DNA from: Azolla caroliniana
Taxonomy: Eukaryota; Plantae; Polypodiophyta
NCBI GenBank assembly: GCA_043228905.1
Contig: JBHGNT010000001.1
Coordinates: 12,524,001 to 12,588,000 of the forward strand
DNA length: 64,000 nt
Reading direction: 5' to 3'
The notes under the pieces were generated by a model that was not told the origin of the DNA, did not search any database, and saw nothing but the letters and a program-made list of their open reading frames with translations. Of the stretch, positions 41,367 to 55,028 are shown piece by piece. A program made the position numbers and the translations under genes. Every line of letters starts with the position of its first letter. Position 1 is the stretch's first letter.

Positions 41367-43349
41367 TAGAATCGATAAATCAACATCAAAACCGTACTAC
41401 CTAAAATCTAAAAACTGAAACCTAAACACTCCATTTGTTACTCGGCATATAGACACATAGACAACAACAATTCGTGATTCCTTTTTATCTTTGTACATTG
41501 ATGCATAGTTCTCACTCTAACTTTGAGCAAATGGGTAGAAGACAACATAAGAAACCTAAAAAATCCATTCACAATCTCGTTTCATCTTTTTACATAAAAA
41601 CGGAGTACTTAATTCTAAAGATGCACTTCGTTATCTCTTTCTTATCTTTAACATTCACCGGGTGAGAGTTTCTATGCATCCCATAGAAAATTCTTAAAAC
41701 ATACCTTTAGGATTTCAGGGCTTTACCTTTACTTGGGAATAGAGGAGAAGTCAATATCTTATTCTCTGATGATTGAGGGAGTTCCTGATCACATCTTTCA
41801 ATCAAGGGAGCTTCTGCAAGACCATAAAAGAACAAAACTAAAAACCCTAAAACGAAACGCATAAATACTTTTAAAAAAAAAAAAAAAACTTGCAAAACCT
41901 AAAAACCTCTACAAAATGCCCCAAAAACTTGAAAACTGTAAAATCCTAAAAAACAACGCTTAACCTTGAAACCCAAAAGAACCCTGAACTCCAAAAAAGA
42001 AACCCAAAAAATACAGAACGGATCTAAGGAAACCAAGATAGAGCAAATTTGGGTCAGGGAGGAATCATTCCTTACCTCCAGAGGGATCCAAGTCAGGCTG
42101 CGAAGGATGGTGATCTCTCTCAGACTCCGAGAGCAGAGTGGGAGGCACCCTAATTTGGGGTTGCCTGTGGGAGGCGCGAACAGAACGCGGGACAAACATA
42201 CTTAGGTTCGAATACCATCACCATATCACGATTCACCGTATCACCATGACCATGACCATAAATCCATAAGTTATATAACTTATAACCATCACCATCACTG
42301 CGGTCAAATGAGTAAGCCATCAAAAACCATCTTTCTGCTCGGTTACAGGGTCAAATGAGTAAGTAAGCCATCAAAAACCATCTTTGTGTTATGGTTACTT
42401 GGGGCTTCACTGTTTGTTTGGTCAGGTTGGTCCGGGCCGGGCCGGACCTCTCTGCCATGTCCGTCCGTCCCGTCAGGGTCTCCTTCATTCACACACGTAT
42501 CTGCCATACTTGCACTCGGGATGACATTTTTTTTCACTCCATCCTTTCTTCGCGTAAAGAATTGGATATGATTCTTGTGAAGTTGAAGAGATGTATGTTG
42601 TGTGTATTCGTGAGAGGAAAGAGATGAGAGAAGAGAAAACACAAGGTAGATAGATAAAAGAAAAATGAAGTACTCAAGAAGAATGTGTATATTAACAAGG
42701 AGAATAGCAATTACAAAATGTAGCATTACAAGGAGTCACAACCGACTCTACATATATGAAGTAGGAGGAGGGTGCTTTATATAAGGTCACCCTCTATCTT
42801 CATTAACTCACTACAATGTCCATTCTCTCTCCAGAACCTTCAGGAATGCGAAGGCTCATTGGTCATGGGGAATCTGGAACTCATTACTTATGTGTCATAG
42901 AATATGATTCTATAACACATAGTTAATGTGTAGAGAGTGGTGTGACTCTTGACCTCTGAGTGCTCAAAGATTCTCAAAGGGTGTGTTCACACACAATGTT
43001 AGGTTGAGCTTGATTCTCAACACGCCCCCTCAAGCTCAACTCGGGTCGGTTCCTTTCGGTTGATGTCTGCTTCGGCTAGTATCCGATTCAGGCGATCTCC
43101 GGTGTCCGCTTCGGCGGGTACCTAGTTTGGACGGTATTCGGTTCTCTTTTTACTCCCCCTCAAGCTTGGCAAGTCAGGGATCGTCAATCCAAGGTCTGAC
43201 ATGAATTGCCGAAGCTTGTTGGCTCCTAAGGCCTTGGTGAAGATGTCAGTTGTCTGAAGATTCGTGTTGATGTGTTGAAGGTCAACATCTCCGGCCTGTA
43301 CGCGCTCTCGAATGAAGTGATATTGCACTTCGATATGCTTTGTGCATGC

Positions 43350-43832
43350 CATTGTTGTTAAAAAACGTGTACTTTATAGATAGAATACGTTTTAGAATAC
43401 CCACACATATTCTAAATGTATTCAACCTTTTGGAACTGTCATTTTTTCTAAGCCTAAATTTGTAAATAATTTAAAAATTAATTTTCTAAGGTTTTTTTAA
43501 TAAAGAAAAAGAAAATAATTATGTAAATATTGAAACACCATTTATCCATAGGCAATAAAGATAATTGGTATTTACTATATAGTATTTAAATTCCAAGTAC
43601 CTTTGCATTCAACATCAATGGTGTTCAAGTATTCGATGTATTCAACATATTCAACAACCTATTCAACGTATTCAACAACGTATTCAACATATTCAAAACG
43701 TACTCAACGTATTCAACGTATTTTACCTTTAAATACGTATTCTAAGAACTTATAAATTTTTTTTAGAATACTTATAAAATACGTAGCATACATGTTGTAC
43801 GCGTACGATATGCTACGTATGTTACAACCATG
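43350..43832. mobile_element. hAT-type MITE inserted in the RNase H of D (same family as 34792-35149)
   Basis: Termini CATTGTTGTTAAAAAACGTGTA...TTACAACCATG. TSD GTGCATGC/GTGCGTGC. GTATTCAAC tandem repeats. It splits FHARTKHIE. Confidence 0.88.
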
Positions 43833-46583
43833 GTGCGTGCGTGGAACACCGAGTTCCAAGCCAGATAAATATTGCTCATGTTGTCGCAATAAAGGGGAGT
43901 TGGATCCTTGATGGGAACACCTATATCCTTCAAAATCCTCTTGAGCCATACAACTTCACATGCAACCACGATTGCGCCCCTGTATTCGGCCTCTGTGCTC
44001 GAAAGGATGATAGTTGGTTGCTTCTTGCTACTCCACGAAATCGCTCCGCCGCCGAGGAGAAAACAAATCCAGAGGTCGATCGTCGATTGGCTCTGTAGCT
44101 GGCCCAATCAGCAACTGTGTATCCTTCGAGTCGAATTGGTGTGGCCGATCTATAGAGAATTCCATAGTCCATCGTTCTACTCATGTATCGTAACACTCGC
44201 TTAGCACAATCGAAATGAATATCTTGCGGAGTTTGCATGAATTGGCTAAGGAGGCCGACTAGATAGCTAAGGTCGGGTTGAGTGATCGTGAGATAGATGA
44301 GGCTCCCGATCAGTTGTCAATACTAAGTCAGCTCGCACTCGCCTGTGCGGAGTCAATGTCTAGTTTGAGGTTTCGATCGAGAGGGGTTGCCACATATTTG
44401 CACTCAATCATCCCGAACTTGTATAACAAGTTGAGGATGTAGTGTCCTTGAGAGATCATAATGTTGGTTGGAGTCCGAATTACCTCGATGCTAAGGAAGT
44501 AATGGAGTCCCTTCATGTCCGTCATCTTGAATTTGCTGGAGAGGAGGGACTTGACCTTGTTGATGTCGACTAGACTTTCACCTCCAATGACCAGATCATC
44601 CATATATAGGATGGTGATAATTGGGCTATCAGAGTCGTTTCATACATAGAGGGAGTTGTTGAAGTTCGACATTCAAAAGCCGATTCGATGAAGATATTGT
44701 GTTATCTTCAAGTGCCAAGCATGCGGTGCTTGCTTAAGGCCATATAGTGGCTTCTTCAGTCAGCAGACTGCTTTCGGATGCATGCTCGATTCAAAGCCGG
44801 GTGGTTGTACCATGTTCACCTCCTCTTCTAATTTGCCTTGAAGAAAGGCGTTCTTTACGTCTATTTGATGGAGGTGCCACCCTTTTGCCGCTGGAAGTGC
44901 AATTACGGTTCACACAGTTTTCATCTTTGCAATCGGGGCAAAGGTCTATTCATAGTTGACTCCATGTGTTTGTGTGTATCCTTTCGCTACGAGTCAGGCT
45001 TTGTAGTGGTTGATGGAACCGTCGCCATTATACTTCACTTTGTATATCCATCTGCAACCGATTGCCTTCTTCTACGGTGAGTGGGGGATGAGATCCCATG
45101 TCTCTTTTTTGCATAGTGCCTGCATCTCCTCGTTCATTGCTTCGACCCATCGTGGATCCTCCATTGGTTCGGAAAAGTTTTCCGGTTCACGAATTGTCGC
45201 CGCCTTCATCATAAAGGCATAGTGGTATGCCATATAGTCATTGTAGCCGAATCGGCTAAAAAACATTTTCATTTACAGTGGCAATGGCTTTCTTTACACT
45301 AGGAGTCCTCATGATAGGTAGATCGAAGCCACCACACTCACTATCGAGGGAGTGAGTCGATTCGTAGTCGTTGAATTGATCGTCTTTATATTCCGGCATT
45401 TCTGCCTTGCCTTTGTCCATCTTCAGACTAGGATGAGATGTGCTTTGGTTGCTCATGGGCTCTTCTGGCCCAACAAGCTTTGTCGTAATCGGGCTGGGCT
45501 TTCTTTGAACATGTGTTCGAGTCGAACTTTGTCTTTTGTGTTGTCGAGGTCATTCGTAAATGGTTCGGAAGGAGTTGGCTCAGGTTCGTACCATTATGTC
45601 GATTCGTCAAAGACGACGTCTCGACTTACATGAACCTTCCGAGTAGAGGGGTTATAACACTTGTACTCCTTTTGCTCCAATGAGTATCTTACGAGGATAC
45701 ACTTCTCTGACTTAGGATTGAGCTTTTGTCGCTTTTCGTCGGGAATGTGCACATATGCAAGTGAACCAAATAGATCTGACTTCTTCCCACAATACTTTTC
45801 ATGCGGGGTAACCTCGTGCACACCAGATGTTGTGCACTGGTTCATGAGGTAGACGACCGTATTTGCTGCTTCGGCCCAATATGACTTTGGCATATTCTTT
45901 TCGCTCATCATGGCTCGTGCTACTTCGAGGATGTGTCGATTTTTGCGTTCGGCTACTCCGTTTTGTTGTGGTGTATGTTGACACGAAAACTCTCGCCGAA
46001 TGAATCCTTCTTTCCGGAGAAAAGCCAAAAATTCGTCGGAGAAGTACTCTTTTCCTCCATCCGACCGAAGACATCATACATGACGGTCGGTTGTCTTTTC
46101 GACTTCGCTTTTGAATTTCTGGAAGTATCCGAACACTTTGCTCTTTTGCCGCATGGGGTAGATCCAGGTGTGCCTAGAGAAGTCGTCGATAAAGGCCACA
46201 TAGTATCGGCATCCGCCGAAATATAACCGTTTGAGCTGGTTCCCATACATCGGAATGAATTACGTCGAGTATGCCTTTGCTCACATTCCTCTCTTTCGGG
46301 AACGGGTGCCGATGTTGCTTGCCGAATTGGCAAGCTGCACATACGCCTTCAATCTCTTTCTCTTTGAAGGTCGGGAGTCCGATGACAACTCCTTTAAATT
46401 GCATTGCCTTGAGCTTTTGGAGGTTGATGTGGCCAATCCGCTGATGCCACAACTCTATGTTGGTGTCGGCTTTGGTGCCTATTGCAAACATGGCCGATTT
46501 CATCTCGTGCAAGCGGAGAATGAACATTCGGCCCTCTCTCCATCCCCGAGCGATGAGTAGACCCTCTTCCTCGATGAAGCAAC

Positions 46584-46756
46584 TGTCGAATACATGTGTA
46601 TAATGGACGTATTCACACTATCCCGTTTTGGCCATTTATGTAATTAGCATAAAGGGTAGTTGCCCTAAGTCGGTCACTATATATAGTGACCTTGTAACCT
46701 TTTTGTAAGGTTGGGTGTTGTATTATTGCTTTATGAAATAAGAAATTCTTTTGTGC

Positions 46757-46796
<40 letters not shown>

Positions 46797-49700
46797 AACG
46801 ACCTACAAACTGTCATACGCAGGTACTCAACAGCAATCGAATGCTTCTTGATCTTCCGCACAGACGACTTTGTCTCCAACATCTAGTATCAGAGCATGCA
46901 CAGTAGTCGGTCCTTCAATCCGCTGTCGGCCGTCGTCTCAGCATTCGGTTTCCTGCGTCATTCGAAGAAGAGAGAAGAAGAAGAAAAACGAGGCTTGCAT
47001 CTCTTCGCGTTAGATCCTCTTCGCTTGGAGTAAGCCAGCCGGTTGTACTCCGTTCCTTGTGATCGCAACGCTCGAGGTGAAATCCCCTTGTGCAACATTG
47101 ACACGATCGCGCTCCACTCGGTTAAACGGCATCCGAAAAGGTCATTAAACGCTGCTCGCCGCTCGTTGTAACCACTCGGTGCAGATCGGTCTCAAGACAA
47201 CAACCCCAATTCGCGCTTCATCCGGCTGATCGACATTCGGGAGGATCAGTTGGATCTGTCTCTCTCGTCGCTGCAGCCACCCGAAGCAGAATCGGTCCAG
47301 ATAATCGGTTTCAATAATCGGTATTCGGCATATATATCCGAAGCGAACCGGGCTCACTCCGACTCGGCAACATTCGGGAAGACCAGTCGGTTCTGTCCCT
47401 CAAGTTACCGGAGTCAATTCGAGCAAGTTCCGAAGCCGAACCGACTCGGGTTCAAATCCGACTAGAACGATATCGGGTGAGCCAACTGGCTGCACTCCAA
47501 CAAGGTTCGTAGTCAACTCCGAACCGAGCTTCGTCAACCAAAACCGAACTTGATGGCATCAACAACCGGCTCGTCAGAAATGAGTCTACGAAAGTTCGAT
47601 GGATCGAACTTCAACTTCTAGAAGGAACAAATGCAGGACTATCTCATAGTCAAGGGGCAAATCGATCCCATCGAAAATGAAGAACCTCCAGAAGGATACA
47701 AACCAATTGAGTGGCAGAAGCTGGACAGAATTGTCCGCGCCACGATTCGGATGCACCTATCGGAATCGGTATACTTTACGGTGCAATCGTGTACGACAGC
47801 ATTCGAACTGTGGAAAACACTGTCGGACACTTACGAAAAGAAGGTCGCCGCAACGAAGATGTTTCTGATCCGGCGCCTCTACAACTTGCGGATGAAAGAA
47901 TCCGATTCGGTTCAAGCACACCTCAATGAGTACGAAAGCATAAGCTCCCAAATCTCGTCACAGGGGACGGCAATCGAGGATGAACTCAGAGCAATGATAC
48001 TCATGAGCAGCCTTCCCTCATCATGGGAAACTTTCGTCACAACCGTGTGCAACGCGTCAACCACGGCTGTTAAATACTCCGAAGTCACGAGCGCAATCCT
48101 GACCGAAGCAGCTCGGAGAAAGTCTTTCGCCAAAGACTCAACAGACCACGCTTACGTAGTACAAGGTTCGACAGACCGATCGAACATACGAGGAAGAGAT
48201 TCCTCACGGCCGCCGAACAATCAGCGAAGACGGAGCCAGTCACGGGATAACCGAATCTGCAACTATTGCAAGAAACCCGGACACATCAAAGCCGACTGCC
48301 GCGCACTCAAGAACAAGAACAAGAAGAGTGGCCGGCATGAGGAGATCAATTACGTCAGCTTCTCAGCTGATGTACTACCGGACGACCCGAATATACTATC
48401 AATCGAAAATCCAGTCGGATCAGAAGTTCTACTCACGACTGAAGAATCGAGCACATGGCTCTTAGATTCGGGCGCGTCATTTCACGTGACTCCTCATCGA
48501 TCCCAATTTCGGCAATATACGATCCGTCACTCCGACTCAGTTCGAGTCGGCAACTCACAACACTGTGACATCATCGGAATCGGCACAGTAGAGCTCAACC
48601 TTGCCGGTGGCTCTACACTTGTACTCCACAATGTCCGACATGTACCCGAGCTCTCAAGGCCATTGATCTCAGTCGGACAACTAGATGAAGACGACATTCG
48701 TGCCGGTTTTTCTTCGGGAGGGTGGACACTCCACAGGGGGAACCTCCTGCTTGCTAGAGGACCCAAGATACACTCCCTGTATCCGTTACATGTTACGCTC
48801 AGAGAGGGTAACCTGTTTTTGGTGGATATTCCTGTGTCATCACTATGGCACCGAAGATTAGGACACCTCAGCAAGGCCGGCATCACGCACCTATCTAGAG
48901 CCGGATACATCCCCAAACTCTCCTTCTCGGACCATCAATTCTGCGAGCATTGCCAGTATGGCAAACAAGCAGCCGCATCACACCCGACATCAGCACCAAG
49001 AGAAACGAGACCTCTTGATTTGGTCCACTCGGACGTCTGTGGCCCAATGCCGCATCAGTCTCTCGGCGGTGCCTCTTACTTCGTCACTTTTATTGACGAT
49101 TCGACTCGAAAGGTGTGGGCTTATCCAATTCGCACCAAAGATCGGGTCTTCTCGATCTTCACCGATTGGCTCGCTATGGTGGAAAATCAAACCGACCGAA
49201 AGCTGAAATGCTTTCGGACAGACAATGGGGGAGAGTTTAAATCCGAAGAATTCGTCAAATTCTGCCGACAACGCGGCATCCGACGTGAATTTACGGCACC
49301 ACACAGTCCGGAGCAAAACGGGATTGCCGAACGCATGAATCGGACAATCCAAGAACGGACAGTTTCCATGCTCCAACACTCCGGACTGTCGGATGGCTTC
49401 TGGGCAGAGGCTCTACTCACGGCAGTACACATAATCAATATGTCGCCAAGTAGACCTCTAGGACTTCAAATTCCTCAGGAACTATGGATCGGCAGTAAGC
49501 CGAATTACGACAAGCTGAGGATCTTCGGATGCGAGGCGTACGCCCTTATTCCGAAAGATGATCGCCGAAAACTTGCACCTCGGTCCAGGAAATGCATTTT
49601 CCTTGGATATGGATCCGACGGCGAAATGGGATACCGACTCTGGGACCCCAAACGCAGACAAATCGTTCGAAGTTCGGACGTTGTGTTCAACGAGTCGGCT

Positions 49701-52052
49701 ATGAATCCATCAGTCGAAAAACCGATCGAAGTCCGAAGGGTAACATTTTCCGATGTGCCGACCCTTCAAGAAGGCCCCGCTCTCAACACACGGTCAGCTT
49801 CACGGGTAGCTGAACCTTACACTACCGACTCGGACAACCCCGACTCGGCACAGCAGAACAATCCGCTTTCGGACCATCCGACCTTGATACCCGATGCGAC
49901 CAGTCCAATCTTACCTCGACGATCCGAGAGACTGTCGCAACCTCCGGAGAGGTATTCTCCTGGAATTTTCTTCACCGACGCCGGCGAACCGACGTCTTAC
50001 GAAGAAGCATCGACATCTGTCGATTCAGCCACCTGGCATCTGGCGATGGAGTCGGAAATGCACTCCATTCGGGCAAACAAGACTTGGGATCTGGTTGAAT
50101 TACCTAGGAACCGACGTGCTCTTCCTTGCAAGTGGGTTTATCGACTAAAAGAGACGTCTGATTCGACCACCCCAAAGTACAAGGCCAGATTAGTTGCGAA
50201 GGGCTTCCGACAAGAATATGGCGTCGACTTCGACGAGATTTTTTCACCAGTGGTGAAAATGACAACCCTTCGTTTCCTACTCGGCGTAGTGGCAGCCGAC
50301 AACTTGGAGCTGATTCAGCTAGATGTCAAAACAGCCTTCCTCCATGGTGATCTTGACGAGGAAATTTATATGGAGCAGCCAAAAGGCTTCGTGGCGACTG
50401 GCCAAGAACATCTAGTCTGCCGACTCAGGAAGAGTCTATACGGCCTCAAACAGGCACCGCGACAATGGTACAAGAAGTTCGACGACTTCATCCAATCGAT
50501 CGGCTTCTCAAAAAGCGATGAGGACCATTGTCTCTTCACCAACACAGCTCAAGATGGATCACCCATCTTCCTCATCATTTACGTGGACGACATGCTAATT
50601 TCTGGACGCCACGCGGGCGAACTTGCCGATCTCATTCGGCAACTGCGGTTGAAGTTTGCCATGAAGGACCTCGGTCCGGCACGACACATCCTTGGCATGA
50701 AGATTAGTCGGCATCGCGATAAAAGACATCTTTTTTTGTCTCAGACCGACTATACCCGACGTGTCTTAGAACGCTTCAACATGCAATCAGCCAAATCTGC
50801 TTCAACCCCGCTCCCCATGAATCTTCGGCTCTCTCAGCGAGACTGCCCGACATCCGGTCCGGAGGGGGAAGATATGAAGTCGGTACCGTATGCACCGGCA
50901 GTCGGCTCCCTTATGTACCTGATGGTCGCGACACGGCCTGATATTTCTCACGCCGTAGGAGTCGTTAGCAGATTTATGCACAATCCTGGCCGATCGCATT
51001 GGAACGCAGTCAAACATGTGTTCAGATATCTGGCTGGCACAAAAGACCACGGCATTCTTTTCGGTCCGAACCGAACCTCAGGCGTAGTTGGTTACACCGA
51101 CTCGGACTTCGCCGGCTGTATAGACAGTCGGAAATCTACAACCGGATACTGCTTCAAATTCGGCAATGGAGCAATCTCGTGGAAGTCGAAACTTCAGGAG
51201 TGCACAGCGACCTCAACGACCGAAGCAGAATATGTAGCTGCGTCCGACGCAGCAAAAGAAGCTTTGTGGCTCGGTCGGCTGGCGCACACGTTTCGACAAG
51301 TCGACCATGACTCGGCTCCAGTTGTCTACAGCGACAGTCAAGGTGTTGTTGCCTTGTCGAAAAATCCGGTTCACCACAACGCCTCCAAACATATCGACGT
51401 TCGATATCACTTCGTTCGGGACTGCGTCATTTCAGGGAAAATCGGTCTAGAGAAAATATCCACAACCGACAATGTCGCAGATGGAATGACCAAATGTCTT
51501 TCGGCAGACCGTTTTCGGTCTCTTCGGCATCAGATGGGCGTAACGACAAACCAGTCCGGTTAGAGCCGGACACAGAACAGGATGGTTCCCGACAACCGAC
51601 ATCAGTTCCTTAATGATCGGCTTCAACTGTTCCGACCCGACCAGTTCGGTCTTCTGCCTTCGGACCCTGCCGACTCGAACAAAGCTGATATGTCCGAGAA
51701 CCTAAGTCTATACCTGTAATCTTAGATAACCCATGTATACGCCCATTACGGGGGAGTGTCGAATACATGTGTATAATGGACGTATTCACACTATCCCGTT
51801 TTGGCCATTTATGTAATTAGCATAAAGGGTAGTTGCCCTAAGTCGGTCACTATATATAGTGACCTTGTAACCTTTTTGTAAGGTTGGGTGTTGTATTATT
51901 GCTTTATGAAATAAGAAATTCTTTTGTGCCTCTCTGTCTCTCTGTCTCTCTCTCTCTCTCTCTGTGCAACGACCTACAAACTGTCATACGCAGGTACTCA
52001 ACAGCAATCGAATGCTTCTTGATCTTCCGCACAGACGACTTTGTCTCCAACA
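46584..52052 (+). mobile_element. Full-length young Ty1/Copia element F
   Basis: LTRs 46584-46881 and 51757-52052, differing by eye only in the CT tract. TSD GCAAC. PBS TAGTATCAGAGC 46884-46895 (mutated Met PBS). PPT GGGGGAG ending at 51756. Confidence 0.97.
47553..51563 (+). CDS. Copia Gag-Pol polyprotein of F; premature TAG at 47619-47621, open from 47631 (1310 aa)
   Basis: MASTTGSSEMSLRKFDGSNFNF*KEQMQDYL, CNYCKKPGHIKADC, WLLDSGAS, DNGGEF, YVDDML, SKHIDVRYHF. Confidence 0.93.
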
Positions 52053-54639
52053 GCAACTGCCTTGATTAAATCGAACTTGCATCCCTTGCTCAACAATTTG
52101 GCCGACAGAGACCAAATTCTTCGTAATGGTAGGTACATGCAAGACATTTTTAATGTAATTTTGGTTACCTTCTTTTTCGAATGGAACATTGCCAATGTGC
52201 CGAATTGGATGAGTAGTGTCCTCTCCGGTTTCGACATAGTCGGGTCGGTCCGGCTCTCAAAGTTCTCAAAACCATTCTTGATGAGACGTCATATGGTTCA
52301 AGGCACTAGAGTCGACGAACCATACTTCTTCCGAACTAGAGGCACTATTCGAAGTAGAAGTTGACATAGAATTTGCTCTATGTCTCATCATGAACATTCC
52401 GCCATGGTCATCATAGTCGGAATTTGTGGCATAGTTGGTTAGTTGTTGGCTTGTGGAAGCTAACTTGTGCTTCGTCTTTCGGCACTCTTCTTCATGGTGG
52501 CTGATTTTTCTGCAATATCCGCATTCAATCGAGGTTTTTCGGTTTGGGCTGGAATGGAAGCTCCCCCTTCCTCCGAAGGTTCCTCGATGGCTTCCGTCTT
52601 GTTGTCGAAGTTAGGAGTAGTTTTTGTAAGTTGGACTTCGTCCGCCTTGTCCTTGGCCGAATTGGCCTCTTGCTCGACCGCGTCCTCTTCCCCCGTTTGA
52701 ATGTGTGTAGAGCATGTAGCTTTCCGGGGCATTGCTCCTTGTTTGAACATGGTTTTCTTCAACCAACAACATGGATTGAAGATCGAAGAAAGAGGGAGGA
52801 TTCTCCCTTGCTAGTACAACGGTCCTCATCGCGCCAAACCGTCGTGCAAGGCCGCCGAGGCATATTTGTACCATCTCATCATCCTCCACATTGACGCTTA
52901 TTGAGTTGAGCGAGTCACAAAGCTCCTTAATCTTCACTGTGTAGCTCGTGATGGACATTTCCCATTGTTGGATGTGGTTCAACTCTTGGCAGAGTTGAAG
53001 CTTTCGTGCCGATGTATTGGCAAAGAATATCCTCCTAAGATTCTCCCATGCTTCCTTCGGTGTCTCGGCTTCTCCAATGTACCTAAGCATGTGGTCAAGA
53101 ACACATGTTGCAAAACAATACGTTACTTGACTCGTTACTTGCTCCCATGTTGAGTAGTCGGTGTCCTTTGGATCAGGGCAATTTTCTTGTGCTCCTTTGA
53201 TGTAGCTCCAATAGCCTTGGCCGACAAGGTATTACTGCATCTTGTACTCCCAAGATGCAAAGTTGTTTCTATCCAAATTCTCACTAGGGAGAGCGCTCCC
53301 CATTTGAGTATTCATTGTCGATGAAGATCTCCTCCTTCTTTTCCTTCTCTCTCGAACACGAGCTATGTAGTCGCACTACGATAACGATGAGGCAGTTCTT
53401 CTTGAACGTTGACGTAGAGCACAACACACGCGGATGGGCTAGATCGAGCTACCAAACCTCTCTGATACCATGTAAAGAATCAGATATGATTCTTGTGCAG
53501 TAGTGGAAGAGATGTGTGTTATGTGTATGTGTGAGAGGAGAAAACACAAGATAGATAAATGAAAGAAAAATGAAGTACTCAACAAGAAGGTGTATAATAA
53601 CAAGGAGAATAGCAATTACAAAATGTAGCATGACAAGGAGTCACAACCGACTCTATATGAAGTAGGAGGAGGGTGCTTTATATAAGGTCACCCTCTCTCT
53701 TCATCAACTCACTACAATGTCCACTCTCTCTCTAGAACCTTGAGGAATGTGAAGACTCTTTAGTCATGGGGAATATGGAACTCATTAGTTATGTGTCATA
53801 GAATATGATTCTATGACACATAGTTAATGTGTAGAGAGTGGTGTGACTCTTGACCTTTGAGTGCTCATAGATTCTCAAAGGGTGTGTTCACACACAATGT
53901 TAGGTTGAGCTTGATACTCAACACTTTGTCGTGACCACAAATGCAGGCGAGACTTCTTTGTGACACCCCTCCACAATGCACAACTCACCTTTATCCATTA
54001 CGTTTGTAATGCTCATTTTTATGTGTTCTATTTGTAGCACATTGCATGATAGTTGTGCATGGTCGCCGAATTGCAAGCATTCATCACCACTAGGCTAGGT
54101 GTACTATAAAAAGGGAACTTGGGAAGATATCGATATTTTCAAATAGTCAACATAAACTTTTGTTCTTCTTGGTTAGGCTTGCATGGTTTTTTGGTTTGAC
54201 CCTTAATAGCTTGAAGTAAAATTCCTCCTCCTCCTCCTCTTCTTCTTTATGAGAACCTTTTGAGCTTTACACGCAGCGACAAAGTTGTTTAGTAAGCAAG
54301 AACACTTGTACAGAATGAGTGAATCAATGTTCCTCAAAGACTTGCAATGCATGAGTGTTGAGAAGACATAACAATGGGTTCATCAATTAGAATCAAATAT
54401 ATATCTTAGCAGCAACAAGTGTTTGGAGTACAAGACTCCCTCTAGAAACCAAAAATCAATTAATCAAGTGTCTAGGGAGCCAAATGCATACCAACTTTTG
54501 TTGCACGAGTTTGACTAGTAAGAATTTTTTCCTTAAAAGGCATTGGAGAAGCATGGTTTACACTCTTGCTTGAGAAGTATTGCCATTATTAGAAGATTCT
54601 GATGGATTTATCTAAGAATTTCCAACAAATTTTGAAAAT

Positions 54640-55028
54640 ATAAATTGTGTGAGGATAGTGATAAAAAAAGGTGCCACAAGAAGATAATCTTACCTTGAGG
54701 ATTGATCATTCACACAATGCTCAATACTCTATTGGAATTGATCACCATCAAATAAAATTTGTTGAGGACAAAATTCTAAAGCTATATCTTATGTATAATG
54801 GCAATTATGAATTTATACTCATGTTGTTTGAGTTTATTGATGCTCTCACCACTTTTCAATAAGAAATTAATGACACTTTTTGGGATCAATTAAATCATTT
54901 TGTCATTGTTTCCTTGGATGATACTCTCCTTTATGGTCATACTTTGGATAAACATAATATTCATGTTCATTTTGTCCTGTAAACATTGTGCAAGAACTTT
55001 TCTTGGATCAAACTAGAAGATCGATGAT
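54640..55028 (+). mobile_element. Highly decayed Gypsy reverse transcriptase remnant (target of element J; probably continues 63327-63590)
   Basis: YEFILMLFEFIDALTTFQ*EIND...FVIVSLDDTLLY resembles YEFxVMPFGLxNAPATFQ...VYLDDILIY. Confidence 0.6.

Larger units (their letters stand above)
42553..53923 (-). mobile_element. Degenerate full-length Ty1/Copia element D, containing element F and a MITE
   Basis: LTRs 42553-43022 and 53471-53923. TSD CTTCG/CTTTG. PBS TCTGATACCA 53461-53470. PPT 43023-43033. Fragmented gag, PR, INT, RT and RNase H on the minus strand. Confidence 0.92.

Noticed and set aside
41899-42205. Short ORFs upstream of the helicase as separate genes
   Set aside because: Low-complexity leader and intron sequence. 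I could not build a consistent in-frame splice path.
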